Virus record (IMG/VR): IMGVR_UViG_3300030433_003054
Reading direction: 5' to 3' (one strand)
Source: an uncultured virus (IMG/VR IMGVR_UViG_3300030433_003054)
Lineage: Duplodnaviria; Heunggongvirae; Uroviricota; Caudoviricetes
Length of the DNA stretch: 64,000 nucleotides
The notes below the pieces were generated by a model. The model had not been told where the DNA came from. It saw only the letters and a program-made list of their open reading frames with translations, and made no database searches. The first letter of the stretch is position 1. Every line of letters starts with the position of its first letter. Both the position numbers and the translations under genes were made by a program. Below, piece by piece: positions 37,934 through 47,232 of the stretch.

Positions 37934-39199
37934 TTATAGTGCAAAAATGCTTTTAAATTCGCCTTCCTGCAAAGATATACCGTAATTTCTTATGGGATAT
38001 TTTGCCTTTAAACGGGGTCTATTTTCCGCAAATACTCCCCAATCTACTTTATGATGATAACGGCCCCATTTTTCAACAATCCTTACAACATCGGGGTGTT
38101 GCTCTTTAAGAGATTGAGCGAATTTGAGTCGCCTATCGCCATCAACATACACTGTATCGGTATTTCCACCCTTGCATCGCTGGGTAGTCACTTTATCAGC
38201 TAGAAACATCTGAAAATTGAGAGTGGAATAACCTGCTTTCAGGAACCTGATATTTAGATCGGTATCCTCATTGTATCGACCCCTCCATAATTCACCATCT
38301 ATTTTAATCTTTTCATTGAGGGCCTTATTCATAAGAGTCACCGAATAAACCCTTGTATTGACAACATAGGGAGATGATTTGTCGGTCGGCTTACAAAAAC
38401 CTAGTTTGTTCATACCTGCAAGCGCAATATTTGAATATCGCTCAGTGTAATCCTCTATTGCCGCAAAGATCGCACCGCTCTTACACCTGCATGATTCGTT
38501 ATTGGTCAGGATATAAAAGTAGCGGATATTATCGTCAAGGAGCCAATATTTAGGCTCCTGACAATGTTCATTGACCCAATTTCGCACTGGTATAGAGGAG
38601 CTTGTCGTGGTATCAAAACCCCCAATCAAAACTTTGTCGCCCCAATTTTTATACAGATCAGCTTCGCTTGGTTCGATTACTATTCGATAGTCCACACCCA
38701 TAAAATCAAGAGTTTTAGCCGTCAAGCACTCAGGACGGCCCTTCGATATAATATAGACGGGGTACTTAGGTTTGATACCTGTATCATCTACCCATAGCTT
38801 ACTAGATAAGCTCTGTTTATCTAATTTAGGATACCAAATAGCCTTAGTCCTATTCGTGATCGGTTGTTCAAAAATCTCGCTCAGGGCCTTTATAGAGAGA
38901 TTGGTGTGCAATATAGTTTTACTGTATGGATACACCTTTTTAGAGGAGTAATGGGGCATACCCTCCCAATTAAACTCAGATATATCGATCTCACTCTCAT
39001 TGTTCTGTAATTTCGATTCTTTGATATACTGGGTTCGGGTATTTCCAAATAGGTCAGGATCATGATCAAGGATATAGAGATGGCAATTTCGGAGGAGAGA
39101 TAGCCCCAATTTCTCAGAAAGTTTGTCAATATCTGACTGATTTTCAAACCTTATGTTTATTTCTCTTTGGTGCATTTCACAAATTCCTGTATATGGCAT
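37934..39199 (-). CDS. GREB1/TAGT-like GT-A glycosyltransferase with extra N-terminal domain
   Basis: YPVYIISKGR, IVIEP.E, VRNW, WLLDDNI, NTRVYS, WRGRYNEDTDL, GGNT, RYHH.VD. Confidence 0.75.
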   Translation of the reverse strand: MPYTGICEMHQREINIRFENQSDIDKLSEKLGLSLLRNCHLYILDHDPDLFGNTRTQYIKESKLQNNESEIDISEFNWEGMPHYSSKKVYPYSKTILHTNLSIKALSEIFEQPITNRTKAIWYPKLDKQSLSSKLWVDDTGIKPKYPVYIISKGRPECLTAKTLDFMGVDYRIVIEPSEADLYKNWGDKVLIGGFDTTTSSSIPVRNWVNEHCQEPKYWLLDDNIRYFYILTNNESCRCKSGAIFAAIEDYTERYSNIALAGMNKLGFCKPTDKSSPYVVNTRVYSVTLMNKALNEKIKIDGELWRGRYNEDTDLNIRFLKAGYSTLNFQMFLADKVTTQRCKGGNTDTVYVDGDRRLKFAQSLKEQHPDVVRIVEKWGRYHHKVDWGVFAENRPRLKAKYPIRNYGISLQEGEFKSIFAL

Positions 39200-39471
39200 G
39201 ATAAAAGCAATTGATCTCTTGTATGCGTATATGGAGTCTGTGGATTTTTTGCTTTGTTCAGGGCCACCGCCAATCGCTCTTTATTGGTCGCTGACGGCAA
39301 CCTCTCACCCTTTAACCATAAAGACATAGTGGACTTAGACACACCGATTCTACGGCCTAATTCGGCCTGTGTGATACCGTTTATGCTCATCTGTTGTCGG
39401 AGCCACAAACAGAACTGGGGTATCTTTTGAGGATTTGGAAGAGGTAAATAAGTATTGCCTGTTATTTTCAT
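39157..39471 (-). CDS. XRE-family helix-turn-helix regulator
   Basis: GITQAELGRRIGVSKSTMSLWLKGERLP. Confidence 0.85.
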   Translation of the reverse strand: MKITGNTYLPLPNPQKIPQFCLWLRQQMSINGITQAELGRRIGVSKSTMSLWLKGERLPSATNKERLAVALNKAKNPQTPYTHTRDQLLLSCHIQEFVKCTKEK

Positions 39472-39474
39472 ACC

Positions 39475-39837
39475 TCACCTCGCTAGACGCAACAATAATA
39501 AAACCCCTAATGATGCACCTATAAGAAGGGGTATTTGGGAGCTTTTTAAAGCTGACTGGGCCGCTTTCTTTGTTGCTGCACCTGTTTTCGGTGCTCCTGA
39601 ATCGGATAGTCCTGATGGAAAATCGACAACGAATAACGATAAAACGGATTCGTAACATCGTTTCTCATCATCACCGCAAAATTGGAATATTTGATCTATC
39701 AAATCCCTGCCTCTGATAAGAGCATCGACAGAGATTGTATCTCCTCCTCTCTCTTTTGTGGCTTCCTCTATGATTTTCCCATAAGCCTGCTTGTATTGCT
39801 TCGCTTTCAATAATTTTTTAAGCTCTGATTCGAACAT
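39475..39837 (-). CDS. Hypothetical protein with C-terminal membrane anchor
   Basis: AGGAG RBS; ends IPLLIGASLGVLLLLRLAR. Confidence 0.7.
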   Translation of the reverse strand: MFESELKKLLKAKQYKQAYGKIIEEATKERGGDTISVDALIRGRDLIDQIFQFCGDDEKRCYESVLSLFVVDFPSGLSDSGAPKTGAATKKAAQSALKSSQIPLLIGASLGVLLLLRLAR

Positions 39838-39868
39838 TTTTTCTCCTGTTTTTGATCATTATATATCA

Positions 39869-40465
39869 CTATCTGCGTAAAACTTGAAAAACCTCTGTGG
39901 GTATGTATCCCTTAACAAGGTGGTGTTTCCCCGATATCAGGTAATCGTTGGCGCACTCTAATAGGGCCTGATCATCATGGTATATCTCTGCATCTATGAG
40001 TTTGGCCGTCTTCCAATATCCCATAGGGGTCATGGTTCGTATTACTTGCTTCGCTGCTGTGCGACCACTGCGATATTGTCGTGCTTTTCTGTTCGCATCG
40101 GGGTTAGCCTCCAAGACGCATGAGGACGCATACCCTCTCATGTAATGCACCCCTGTTTGTCGATGCTCTAAATGGCCCATACCATGATCTATATAGATGC
40201 TGGACGAATCACTAGATGTACTCTCTAATAACTCTCCCGTCGCTACCTGAATATCGGCTACCGACACTGGCACACCATTCGCATTTACTCCCCTCATATC
40301 AGCGACGTTCTTTATGAGATTCGCAAAATCATGTTGACGCATGAGCTTGTGGGATTCAGATTTTATATCCTCCCATGTTCGATCTCTCTCAAAGAGAATC
40401 CCCTGTTTATCGCCATGAGTGTTAATATTTCGTACATAACAAAACCTAGAATTCGGTATTTTCAT
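39869..40465 (-). CDS. Hypothetical protein
   Basis: Likely start MKIPNS after GGGGGA. Confidence 0.7.
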   Translation of the reverse strand: MKIPNSRFCYVRNINTHGDKQGILFERDRTWEDIKSESHKLMRQHDFANLIKNVADMRGVNANGVPVSVADIQVATGELLESTSSDSSSIYIDHGMGHLEHRQTGVHYMRGYASSCVLEANPDANRKARQYRSGRTAAKQVIRTMTPMGYWKTAKLIDAEIYHDDQALLECANDYLISGKHHLVKGYIPTEVFQVLRR

Positions 40466-40543
40466 TAGTCCCCCTTTTGACAAGTTTACATTTAGTAAAT
40501 ATGTAAATATTACTCATTGCCAAAATTTTTTCAAGGAGATCTA

Positions 40544-41173
40544 ATGTATTTATTTGATATGAGTAAATATCCTAAAAAGGAGAAGAAAAAAATGAACATG
40601 GTGCGTATATTGGGGAGCACTGCGCACTCCTCAGATGAGAGAGAGGAGCTTGATTTTTATGCTACCGATCCAAATTCTTTAAATATGTTCCTAGACACCA
40701 TCAAAAAAGATGGTGTCAGCATAAACAAAAACGTATGGGAAAATGCTTGTGGAGATGGTGCTTTAAGCAATGCTCTTAAAAAACGTGGCTATAACGTCCT
40801 CTCATCGGATATCGTGCAACGTGGCTGTGCTGATTTTACAATGGATTTTACGATAAAAGCACCCATCATGCAATTTCTAGGGGATATCGTCACGAATCCC
40901 CCATATAAACATGCAACAACATTCATACGCAATTCTATACAGTCTGTTGCCGCTGGTTCAAAAGTTATCATGTTTTTGAGGCTCCAATTCGTTGAGGGTA
41001 AAGCTAGGAAGGCTTTGTTTAATGAATTCCCCCCCAAATACATCTACGTTCATTCAAGTCGCCAAAATACCTATAAAGGCGGCACTCACAACAACAAATC
41101 ATCAGCCGTCTGCTTCGCATGGTTCATCTGGGAAAATGGGTGGACGGGTGACACAACATTAAGGTGGATATAA
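40544..41173 (+). CDS. Amino-(N6A/N4C) DNA methyltransferase, phage type
   Basis: DFYATDP, WENACGDG, SSDI, IVTNPPY, FLRLQFVEG..R, FAWFIW. Confidence 0.85.
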   Translation: MYLFDMSKYPKKEKKKMNMVRILGSTAHSSDEREELDFYATDPNSLNMFLDTIKKDGVSINKNVWENACGDGALSNALKKRGYNVLSSDIVQRGCADFTMDFTIKAPIMQFLGDIVTNPPYKHATTFIRNSIQSVAAGSKVIMFLRLQFVEGKARKALFNEFPPKYIYVHSSRQNTYKGGTHNNKSSAVCFAWFIWENGWTGDTTLRWI

Positions 41174-41177
41174 AACC

Positions 41178-41522
41178 ATGAAAGCCATTACAAAAAGCGA
41201 TCTGACTCAATCAGAGATTCTAGGTCTTACAGCTAAGGGAGAAGATTCAAAAGACTATGTTGCCTTCGATATCGTGGCAATGGGCCTTGAATTACAGCCC
41301 CAAATACTCAAAGTCAAGGATTCAGAGGATAGCGACACACAACACAATTGCCTATTGGCTGTGATGCCGTTCCCCCTGCCTATCGACAAAAAGATACTGC
41401 AACAAAATCAGCTTATCGTACCGAACATGAGCGCAAATAGCCCCATACAAAAAGCACTGGGAGATATCCCCTACATACGCATTGTCGTTAAAAAAGAATC
41501 AGTCGTGGAGTCGTTAAAATGA
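41178..41522 (+). CDS. Hypothetical protein
   Basis: ORF in the same operon. Confidence 0.65.
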   Translation: MKAITKSDLTQSEILGLTAKGEDSKDYVAFDIVAMGLELQPQILKVKDSEDSDTQHNCLLAVMPFPLPIDKKILQQNQLIVPNMSANSPIQKALGDIPYIRIVVKKESVVESLK

Positions 41523-41983
41523 GAATACTATCTGAAAAAGCAAAAAATCAAAAATGCTGCAAATGCGATAAGCAAGCTGTTCATATCGTTTCGCATGATG
41601 ATAAAATCTTTTACGTTTGTGAATTTCATAAGCCGTCACAAATCACCATGCTTCGGGCCGATGGTCACATTGCTAACCTGAAAGGCAAAGAATACGTCCT
41701 ATATGCTGGATTGCTAGATATGGCCCACAGAAACGGTTTAAAGGCGATGGAGTGTGAAATTATGGAGCTTGATAAGACGAATCAATTTTGCCTTATCAAA
41801 GCCACCGTTACAGGCGATCGTGGTACATTCGTTGCGCATGGGGACGCATCACCTGAGAACACTGGTAAAATGGTATTGAGCGCATATATTCGCATGGCTG
41901 AGACAAGAGCATATGCACGATGTTTGAGGCTCTATTGTGGAATCGGTATGACCTGTCGTGAAGAGTTGCCACCCCAAAGCTAG
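41519..41983 (+). CDS. Rad52/Sak-like single-strand annealing protein with N-terminal zinc finger
   Basis: KGKEYVLYAGLL..AH, GDASPEN, IRMAETRA.AR.LR...GIG...EE. Confidence 0.65.
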   Translation: MRILSEKAKNQKCCKCDKQAVHIVSHDDKIFYVCEFHKPSQITMLRADGHIANLKGKEYVLYAGLLDMAHRNGLKAMECEIMELDKTNQFCLIKATVTGDRGTFVAHGDASPENTGKMVLSAYIRMAETRAYARCLRLYCGIGMTCREELPPQS

Positions 41984-42010
41984 ACACACAAAATACTGGT
42001 ATATTGAACT

Positions 42011-42040
42011 GAGAGAGATTTTTAAAATCTCTCTCTTTTT
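42011..42040 (+). terminator. Hairpin followed by a U-tract
   Basis: GAGAGAGATTTT-T-AAAATCTCTCTC followed by TTTTT. Confidence 0.55.
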
Positions 42041-42052
42041 ATTGGAGTAATA

Positions 42053-42604
42053 ATGGATACAAACCCCTTCTCCCGATTCTTTGTGGAATACAAAAAGATT
42101 GGAAAAAGAATAGTCCTGACCCACAACGAACAACGAATTTGTAAGTACATTGCAAGGGAGAGATACGAATTTGCCCGAAAACATAACTATAAGAATAAGA
42201 TACCTAAAAAGGGTGATGGGTATGCACTGACCGACCTGAACGGCTACGGAGGTGAATTTGCCTTTTGCAAGCTCTTTAATCTCTATCCTGACCTATCCAC
42301 AGAGCTTCATAAAGACTCAGTATACGATTGTACGATGTATGAGGACTGGAAGATCGATGTAAAGACCACACACTATGAACGGGGCCACCTATGCGTAGGA
42401 GAGTGGATCAAACGCAAAGAAGGACTAGATGCGTTTGCTCTAATGATCGGAAAATTCCCTCAGTACCAATTTAAGGGGTTTATCAGCAAAGAAAGAGGAA
42501 CATCTAGCAAATATCTGAAAGATAAGGGTATGGGACTAGCTTATTTTATCCCTCAGCACGATCTAATGGAGTTTGATATGCTGTATCTGAACGACTTTAC
42601 ATAA
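42053..42604 (+). CDS. PD-(D/E)xK nuclease-like protein
   Basis: G..GEFAF..YD......IDVKTT. Confidence 0.65.
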   Translation: MDTNPFSRFFVEYKKIGKRIVLTHNEQRICKYIARERYEFARKHNYKNKIPKKGDGYALTDLNGYGGEFAFCKLFNLYPDLSTELHKDSVYDCTMYEDWKIDVKTTHYERGHLCVGEWIKRKEGLDAFALMIGKFPQYQFKGFISKERGTSSKYLKDKGMGLAYFIPQHDLMEFDMLYLNDFT

Positions 42605-42610
42605 GGGCTA

Positions 42611-42715
42611 TTTATGATTTATTTTCATAAAATGGTTGACAACCTGTAAACCATGCTTTAAGGGTTTAGGGAGAGCAATTTCGCTCTCAGCTAAAAATCA
42701 TTGGAGTACAGCTTT
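42611..42715 (+). promoter_or_regulatory. Operator-promoter-hairpin-RBS cassette, copy 3
   Basis: TTTATGATTTATTTTCATAAA-ATGG-TTGACA-ACCTGTAAACCATGCTT-TAAGGG, hairpin GAGAGC-AATTTC-GCTCTC, ATTGGAG. Confidence 0.8.
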
Positions 42716-43099
42716 ATGAAAAAAGCACTAATAAAGCAATTGGTTATAGAAGCCATTGAAGCCACTAAGAACAATGAGGGTCACACTGACTTTGCTGGAT
42801 ACAATAACGGTGTTGTTAAAAACGTGATCATCTATGCCCACGAAAACAGCAAGCACTTTGCAAAAGGTAAAATCGGATTCTTCTACAAATCATGCAAAGT
42901 TTTTGAAACCTATCAGGGGCCTGATACCCGTCGATGCGAAATTATGACCTTTGATATCAGCCTCCTAGATTGTGACGATGAGCCTTGCAAAGAGGTATAC
43001 GTCGATTTGGAAGATGATTTTGACGGTAAAAGCGATTATTGGGCCGATAAAAAAGCTATGGCTCAAAGTGATCGTGAATTCTTTGACTACTGGACTTAG
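42716..43099 (+). CDS. Hypothetical protein (cassette gene)
   Basis: Likely start MKKALI after GGAG. Confidence 0.7.
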   Translation: MKKALIKQLVIEAIEATKNNEGHTDFAGYNNGVVKNVIIYAHENSKHFAKGKIGFFYKSCKVFETYQGPDTRRCEIMTFDISLLDCDDEPCKEVYVDLEDDFDGKSDYWADKKAMAQSDREFFDYWT

Positions 43100-43112
43100 A
43101 GGGGGTTTGAAA

Positions 43113-43379
43113 ATGAAAAAGTTATGGTATTACACTATCGGTCAGGTAAAATTTGAGGCTACACTCACCAATTTGAGGGAGCTTTTGCCTGAGAAAGCAA
43201 ATGATAAGCCTGTAAAGCTCAGAGTTGAAAAGCTAGACAGCAATTGGCAAATTGACTGGACTGACGATATTCCTGTGGAATGGGTCAACGAAAACTCCTC
43301 TCTTGGAGAGTGGCCCTATTGCACCAATATACCCAAAAGGATACGCACTCAGATCGAAAAGGCACTTGCTAAAAAGTAA
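43113..43379 (+). CDS. Hypothetical protein (cassette gene)
   Basis: Likely start MKKLWY after GAGGGGG. Confidence 0.65.
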   Translation: MKKLWYYTIGQVKFEATLTNLRELLPEKANDKPVKLRVEKLDSNWQIDWTDDIPVEWVNENSSLGEWPYCTNIPKRIRTQIEKALAKK

Positions 43380-43404
43380 TTTACAAGCTCATATCCACAC
43401 CATC

Positions 43405-43430
43405 GGGGACTCTTTAAAGAGTCCCCTTTT
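43405..43430 (+). terminator. Terminator, perfect 22-bp palindrome
   Basis: GGGGACTCTTTAAAGAGTCCCC followed by TTTT. Confidence 0.8.
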
Positions 43431-43448
43431 ATGTTTCTAGGAAGGTGG

Positions 43449-43547
43449 TTTATGATTTATTTTCATAAAATGGTTGACAGGTAGTAAACCGCCCTTTAAA
43501 GTATGTAGGAGAGCAATTTGCTCTCTTGCTAAAAATTTGGAGATACC
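43449..43547 (+). promoter_or_regulatory. Operator-promoter-hairpin-RBS cassette, copy 4
   Basis: TTTATGATTTATTTTCATAAA-ATGG-TTGACA-GGTAGTAAACCGCCCTT-TAAAGT, hairpin GAGAGCAA-T-TTGCTCTC, TTGGAG. Confidence 0.8.
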
Positions 43548-44477
43548 ATGTCACTTTTTACACCCTCAGAGCTTACACTTGATCTTCTCACTTGCATGTC
43601 GCTAAAAGATGTATTTCATTACATCAAAGATATGAACGAAGCTAACGACAAAGAGATCAAAACCCTTAAACATGAGAACATTGGACTCAAAGACGACAAA
43701 AAAGCTATGGCTCAAATCATGGAAGAGCGGGCCGAACAAAGCGCACAGACCGTTCGTGATCTTACTGAACAAATTGATTTTCTGACGCAACGTGTTTCTG
43801 ACCTCAGAGAAGATAGGCTTAGACTAATCAAGGCTGACGAAGCTCAAAGAGAAGAGATCAAACGTCAAGAGATGGTTATTGCCTCTCTCAGAGGAGAGAT
43901 ACGTTCTTTGAACAAAGATATAGAGCGCACCAATATTTCAAAAGATCGATTTTCTAATCATATCCTCTCTCTCAATGAAGAGCTTGCTACCCTCAAAGAT
44001 GAGCTTTGTGAATACAGAGAGAATAAGTACAACAAGCCACAGCCACAGCCACAGCCTGAGCCACAGCCTCTTACTCCTGAGAAGGCATGGGAGAACTTTA
44101 AACAAGGTATAAAAGCCATGCAAAATCGTTGCCTCATGGCGGCAATGAAATATCGGGAGTGTGGTGGAGAAAGGGGGGTTCCTGTTTATCCATCTTCAAA
44201 ACCCGTATGGCAATGTTGGAGTGCGCATCATGGCGATGATAACGATTGGTTCGGTGGAGAGGGTAAACCTTCAAAAGATGATATCCTTGATCATTTTCAG
44301 GGCCTGATTCTAATGAGATTGGTCTTTAAACACCCCGAATATGAATCTGAGACTGAGCTACTTGTCGGATTCAATGAAGGAGAATGGGAGAAAACATTTA
44401 CGATCCATGATCATTTTGATTTTAGCTCTAATCCGAAGGACGATATCGTATTTGATGTATTTGACTTTGATTCTTAA
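43548..44477 (+). CDS. Coiled-coil hypothetical protein (cassette gene)
   Basis: N-terminal coiled coil, PQPQPQPEPQP linker, globular C-terminus. Confidence 0.75.
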   Translation: MSLFTPSELTLDLLTCMSLKDVFHYIKDMNEANDKEIKTLKHENIGLKDDKKAMAQIMEERAEQSAQTVRDLTEQIDFLTQRVSDLREDRLRLIKADEAQREEIKRQEMVIASLRGEIRSLNKDIERTNISKDRFSNHILSLNEELATLKDELCEYRENKYNKPQPQPQPEPQPLTPEKAWENFKQGIKAMQNRCLMAAMKYRECGGERGVPVYPSSKPVWQCWSAHHGDDNDWFGGEGKPSKDDILDHFQGLILMRLVFKHPEYESETELLVGFNEGEWEKTFTIHDHFDFSSNPKDDIVFDVFDFDS

Positions 44478-44500
44478 TCCTAAAAAGCAAGCTCATTATC

Positions 44501-44526
44501 GGGGACTCTTTAAAGAGTCCCTTTTT
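44501..44526 (+). terminator. Terminator, near-identical to 43405
   Basis: GGGGACTCTTTAAAGAGTCCC followed by TTTTT; same flanks (CAAGCTCA upstream, TTTTATGTTTCTAGG downstream). Confidence 0.8.
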
Positions 44527-44545
44527 ATGTTTCTAGGTTTAGGCT

Positions 44546-46327
44546 TTATCCCAATGGAAGCCGTTTTTTTCTTTTCAGACCACCACGATAATTTCTCATG
44601 CGGTGCTTATCACTGGCTACGGGCCTACCCACAATGCACGTCAAGTCAGGGGCCACCTGAACGTATCGTATGGATCGCTTTTCAAATGCTTCGGCTACCT
44701 TAGTCGATATAAATACCCTGCTCTCTTTTGAGTCCATAGAGAGCATTTTAAAACCCTTCCTACGGATACCTTTCAGGATTTGAGGTATCGACCACGATTC
44801 AACACCAAAGAGAATACCACGAACATATTTAGGGTCGGGGAGCTTGGGGAGAGGAGCCGATACAGAGGGGTGATCTTTTAGCCTCTTTGCAAGGCTGTGT
44901 AGGGGCTTCATGCGCACCCAATAATCATAGTCCCTAGATAACACCTTCTCTTCTATATCTTCGCTTCCTATATGCTTCTGGACGACTTTTCGTTTTCGCT
45001 CCACGATATCGTATATTCTCTGATCAATGGTATCCGATACAGTCATGTACCACATCTTTGTCGGTTTTGTCTGACCTATCCGTCTGATTCGATCTTCGGC
45101 CTGTTCCTCTGCCGCTGGTGTGTAAAATCGCTCTAAAAAACAAAGATTCGTTGCTCTTGTCAGGGTGATACCTTCGATAGCGGCACGACTACCGATAAAA
45201 CAGTCTATCGCTCCTCTCTGAAAATTGTCGATCGCTAATTGTCTTTCTGCACGTCCTGAGCTTCCATCTATCCGAACATGGCCAATCTTCATTTTTCTTA
45301 GGCCCTCACAAAGCAAATCCAATACGTCCTGATGTTCTCCGAAAATCACGACGGGATTGCCTGAACGTGTCATTTTATAGGCCCAATGAGTACAAGCTGG
45401 TATCTTTGCTCTTCCTATGATTCTTCTGAGGTAGGAAATTTTAGTAAGATTCTCCTGACTCAATGCTGAATCCACTTTATCCCGAATTATCGTCCTCTGA
45501 GCACCATAAACTTTATGCAAATAGGCTTCGATCCAATACTCAAAATCCTTCGATGCTTCTTGATACTCCAATAATAGAGATTCATCTGCTTGTACTGGCA
45601 TCATTATTCGGGTCTTGGGTGGAACGTCGGGGGCTACCTCCTCTAAAAGCCTGCGTATCATGGGAGGGTCTTGTGTACCGATGATCATTTTAAGGGTATC
45701 CAATTCCGACTTTTCATTGATAAGCGGGGTTCCTGTCATTAAGATTTTGTGGGGGATATCTAAACTCATTAAAGCCTGAGTCCGTAAAGACTGAGGATTC
45801 TTTGCATAATGGGCTTCATCGGCAATAAGGCTCTTAAACGGCAATTTTCGTATATCCTCAATGCGATAATGTAGGAGATCCCACGATACGATTGTGAAAT
45901 GAGGAGTTTCAGGGGGTAATTTATCCTCCATTCCCTCTATTACATGAACCCTGACGTTTGAACGTATCCAAAAATAGGCTTCTCTTCTCCAATTCCAAAC
46001 AACAGAACTGGGGCATACCACCAAACAGGGGAATAGATTCTTTGCATTTTGAGCAACAGCGCATAGGGCCTGAGCGGTTTTCCCTGTGCCCATACTATCA
46101 GCGATGATTGCATTATAGTTATGCTCTTTGAGAAATGCTATCCCTTCGATCTGTGTAGGCCTTAAAGAAGGTCTGTCGCCTAGAATACGAAGCTCTTCAT
46201 GGAGCTTCGCTTTCTGACCTTTTGTAAGATTCTTCTTAGGGTTTCTAGCCTTGTCGATTTTCCGCAATTTCCTTCTCAATGCTGATCGACTTTGAGCCTT
46301 CTTTTTGCGGGAGGGACGTTTGATCAT
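44546..46327 (-). CDS. SNF2/HARP-like helicase
   Basis: ADSMGTGKT, DEAH, MTGTP, EGITLT, QAEDRIRRIGQ. Confidence 0.9.
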   Translation of the reverse strand: MIKRPSRKKKAQSRSALRRKLRKIDKARNPKKNLTKGQKAKLHEELRILGDRPSLRPTQIEGIAFLKEHNYNAIIADSMGTGKTAQALCAVAQNAKNLFPCLVVCPSSVVWNWRREAYFWIRSNVRVHVIEGMEDKLPPETPHFTIVSWDLLHYRIEDIRKLPFKSLIADEAHYAKNPQSLRTQALMSLDIPHKILMTGTPLINEKSELDTLKMIIGTQDPPMIRRLLEEVAPDVPPKTRIMMPVQADESLLLEYQEASKDFEYWIEAYLHKVYGAQRTIIRDKVDSALSQENLTKISYLRRIIGRAKIPACTHWAYKMTRSGNPVVIFGEHQDVLDLLCEGLRKMKIGHVRIDGSSGRAERQLAIDNFQRGAIDCFIGSRAAIEGITLTRATNLCFLERFYTPAAEEQAEDRIRRIGQTKPTKMWYMTVSDTIDQRIYDIVERKRKVVQKHIGSEDIEEKVLSRDYDYWVRMKPLHSLAKRLKDHPSVSAPLPKLPDPKYVRGILFGVESWSIPQILKGIRRKGFKMLSMDSKESRVFISTKVAEAFEKRSIRYVQVAPDLTCIVGRPVASDKHRMRNYRGGLKRKKRLPLG

Positions 46328-47232
46328 AACAAAAATGCTGCTGCTGCTAATACACTCATCAATAATGGGAGCTTTGATTTTGGGGGGTTTTTAAAGCGAT
46401 CTAATACCGATGTGGGAGGCAATACAATCCCTGCATCGGTAGGGGGAGGCAATGTAACGTCTGTCAATACAGCTTGTGGTACACTGGGATCAATACCCCT
46501 CATGCGGTCACAAATCGCCTTAATATTCAGGTCTATTATTGTCAGAGCATAATAATAACCAACCTGATAAGATGTACTCCTAAAAACCGTCAAGGAGGCT
46601 ACCGAATTAGGCCCCATTGTACTAACTACGGTTTTTCTTATTTTCCGCAATTCAGTCAGTCGTGATGTAAGCTCATTAGATGGCATTTGATCCACCACTT
46701 GACGGATACCACTATATTCGTCAACGGCTCCACTTATCACAGCAATTTTTTCAACGACTCTTGGATCAGCTACACCATTGGCTATATCCTGCTCTAATTG
46801 GTCGAGATATACCCCATATCCCTTCGTACTGACACTGTGTAACAGGCCCCATATCTGTGACCCCAATGCACCACCACCACTTAACGACACCACGATATAT
46901 CCTGCCTGCCATACAATCTCTGACCACTCAAATATCGTTTCCCATGTATCGTATTGTTTCTGCGCATCATCTTTTATGCGCTGGACGTGCTCTGTGTATT
47001 TGACCAATAGATTTTCTCCGATCGCTGGACTGGGATATTCTATTGCTATGCTACATTTTACAGACACCATCGAATCAAAAATCTCTTGTGCTGTTTGAGG
47101 GGATAGATCGACGGATACTGGTTTGTCCGTCAATTGTGGGCCACCTGACTCTTTTTGTGGCACTTGGGTCACTACACTGATTGGCCCTTTTCGCTGGGCT
47201 GTGAAGGATATTTGTTTATTGTACTGTGCCAT
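46324..47232 (-). CDS. Hypothetical protein with C-terminal membrane anchor
   Basis: Ends LPLLMSVLAAAAFLL. Confidence 0.7.
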   Translation of the reverse strand: MAQYNKQISFTAQRKGPISVVTQVPQKESGGPQLTDKPVSVDLSPQTAQEIFDSMVSVKCSIAIEYPSPAIGENLLVKYTEHVQRIKDDAQKQYDTWETIFEWSEIVWQAGYIVVSLSGGGALGSQIWGLLHSVSTKGYGVYLDQLEQDIANGVADPRVVEKIAVISGAVDEYSGIRQVVDQMPSNELTSRLTELRKIRKTVVSTMGPNSVASLTVFRSTSYQVGYYYALTIIDLNIKAICDRMRGIDPSVPQAVLTDVTLPPPTDAGIVLPPTSVLDRFKNPPKSKLPLLMSVLAAAAFLL

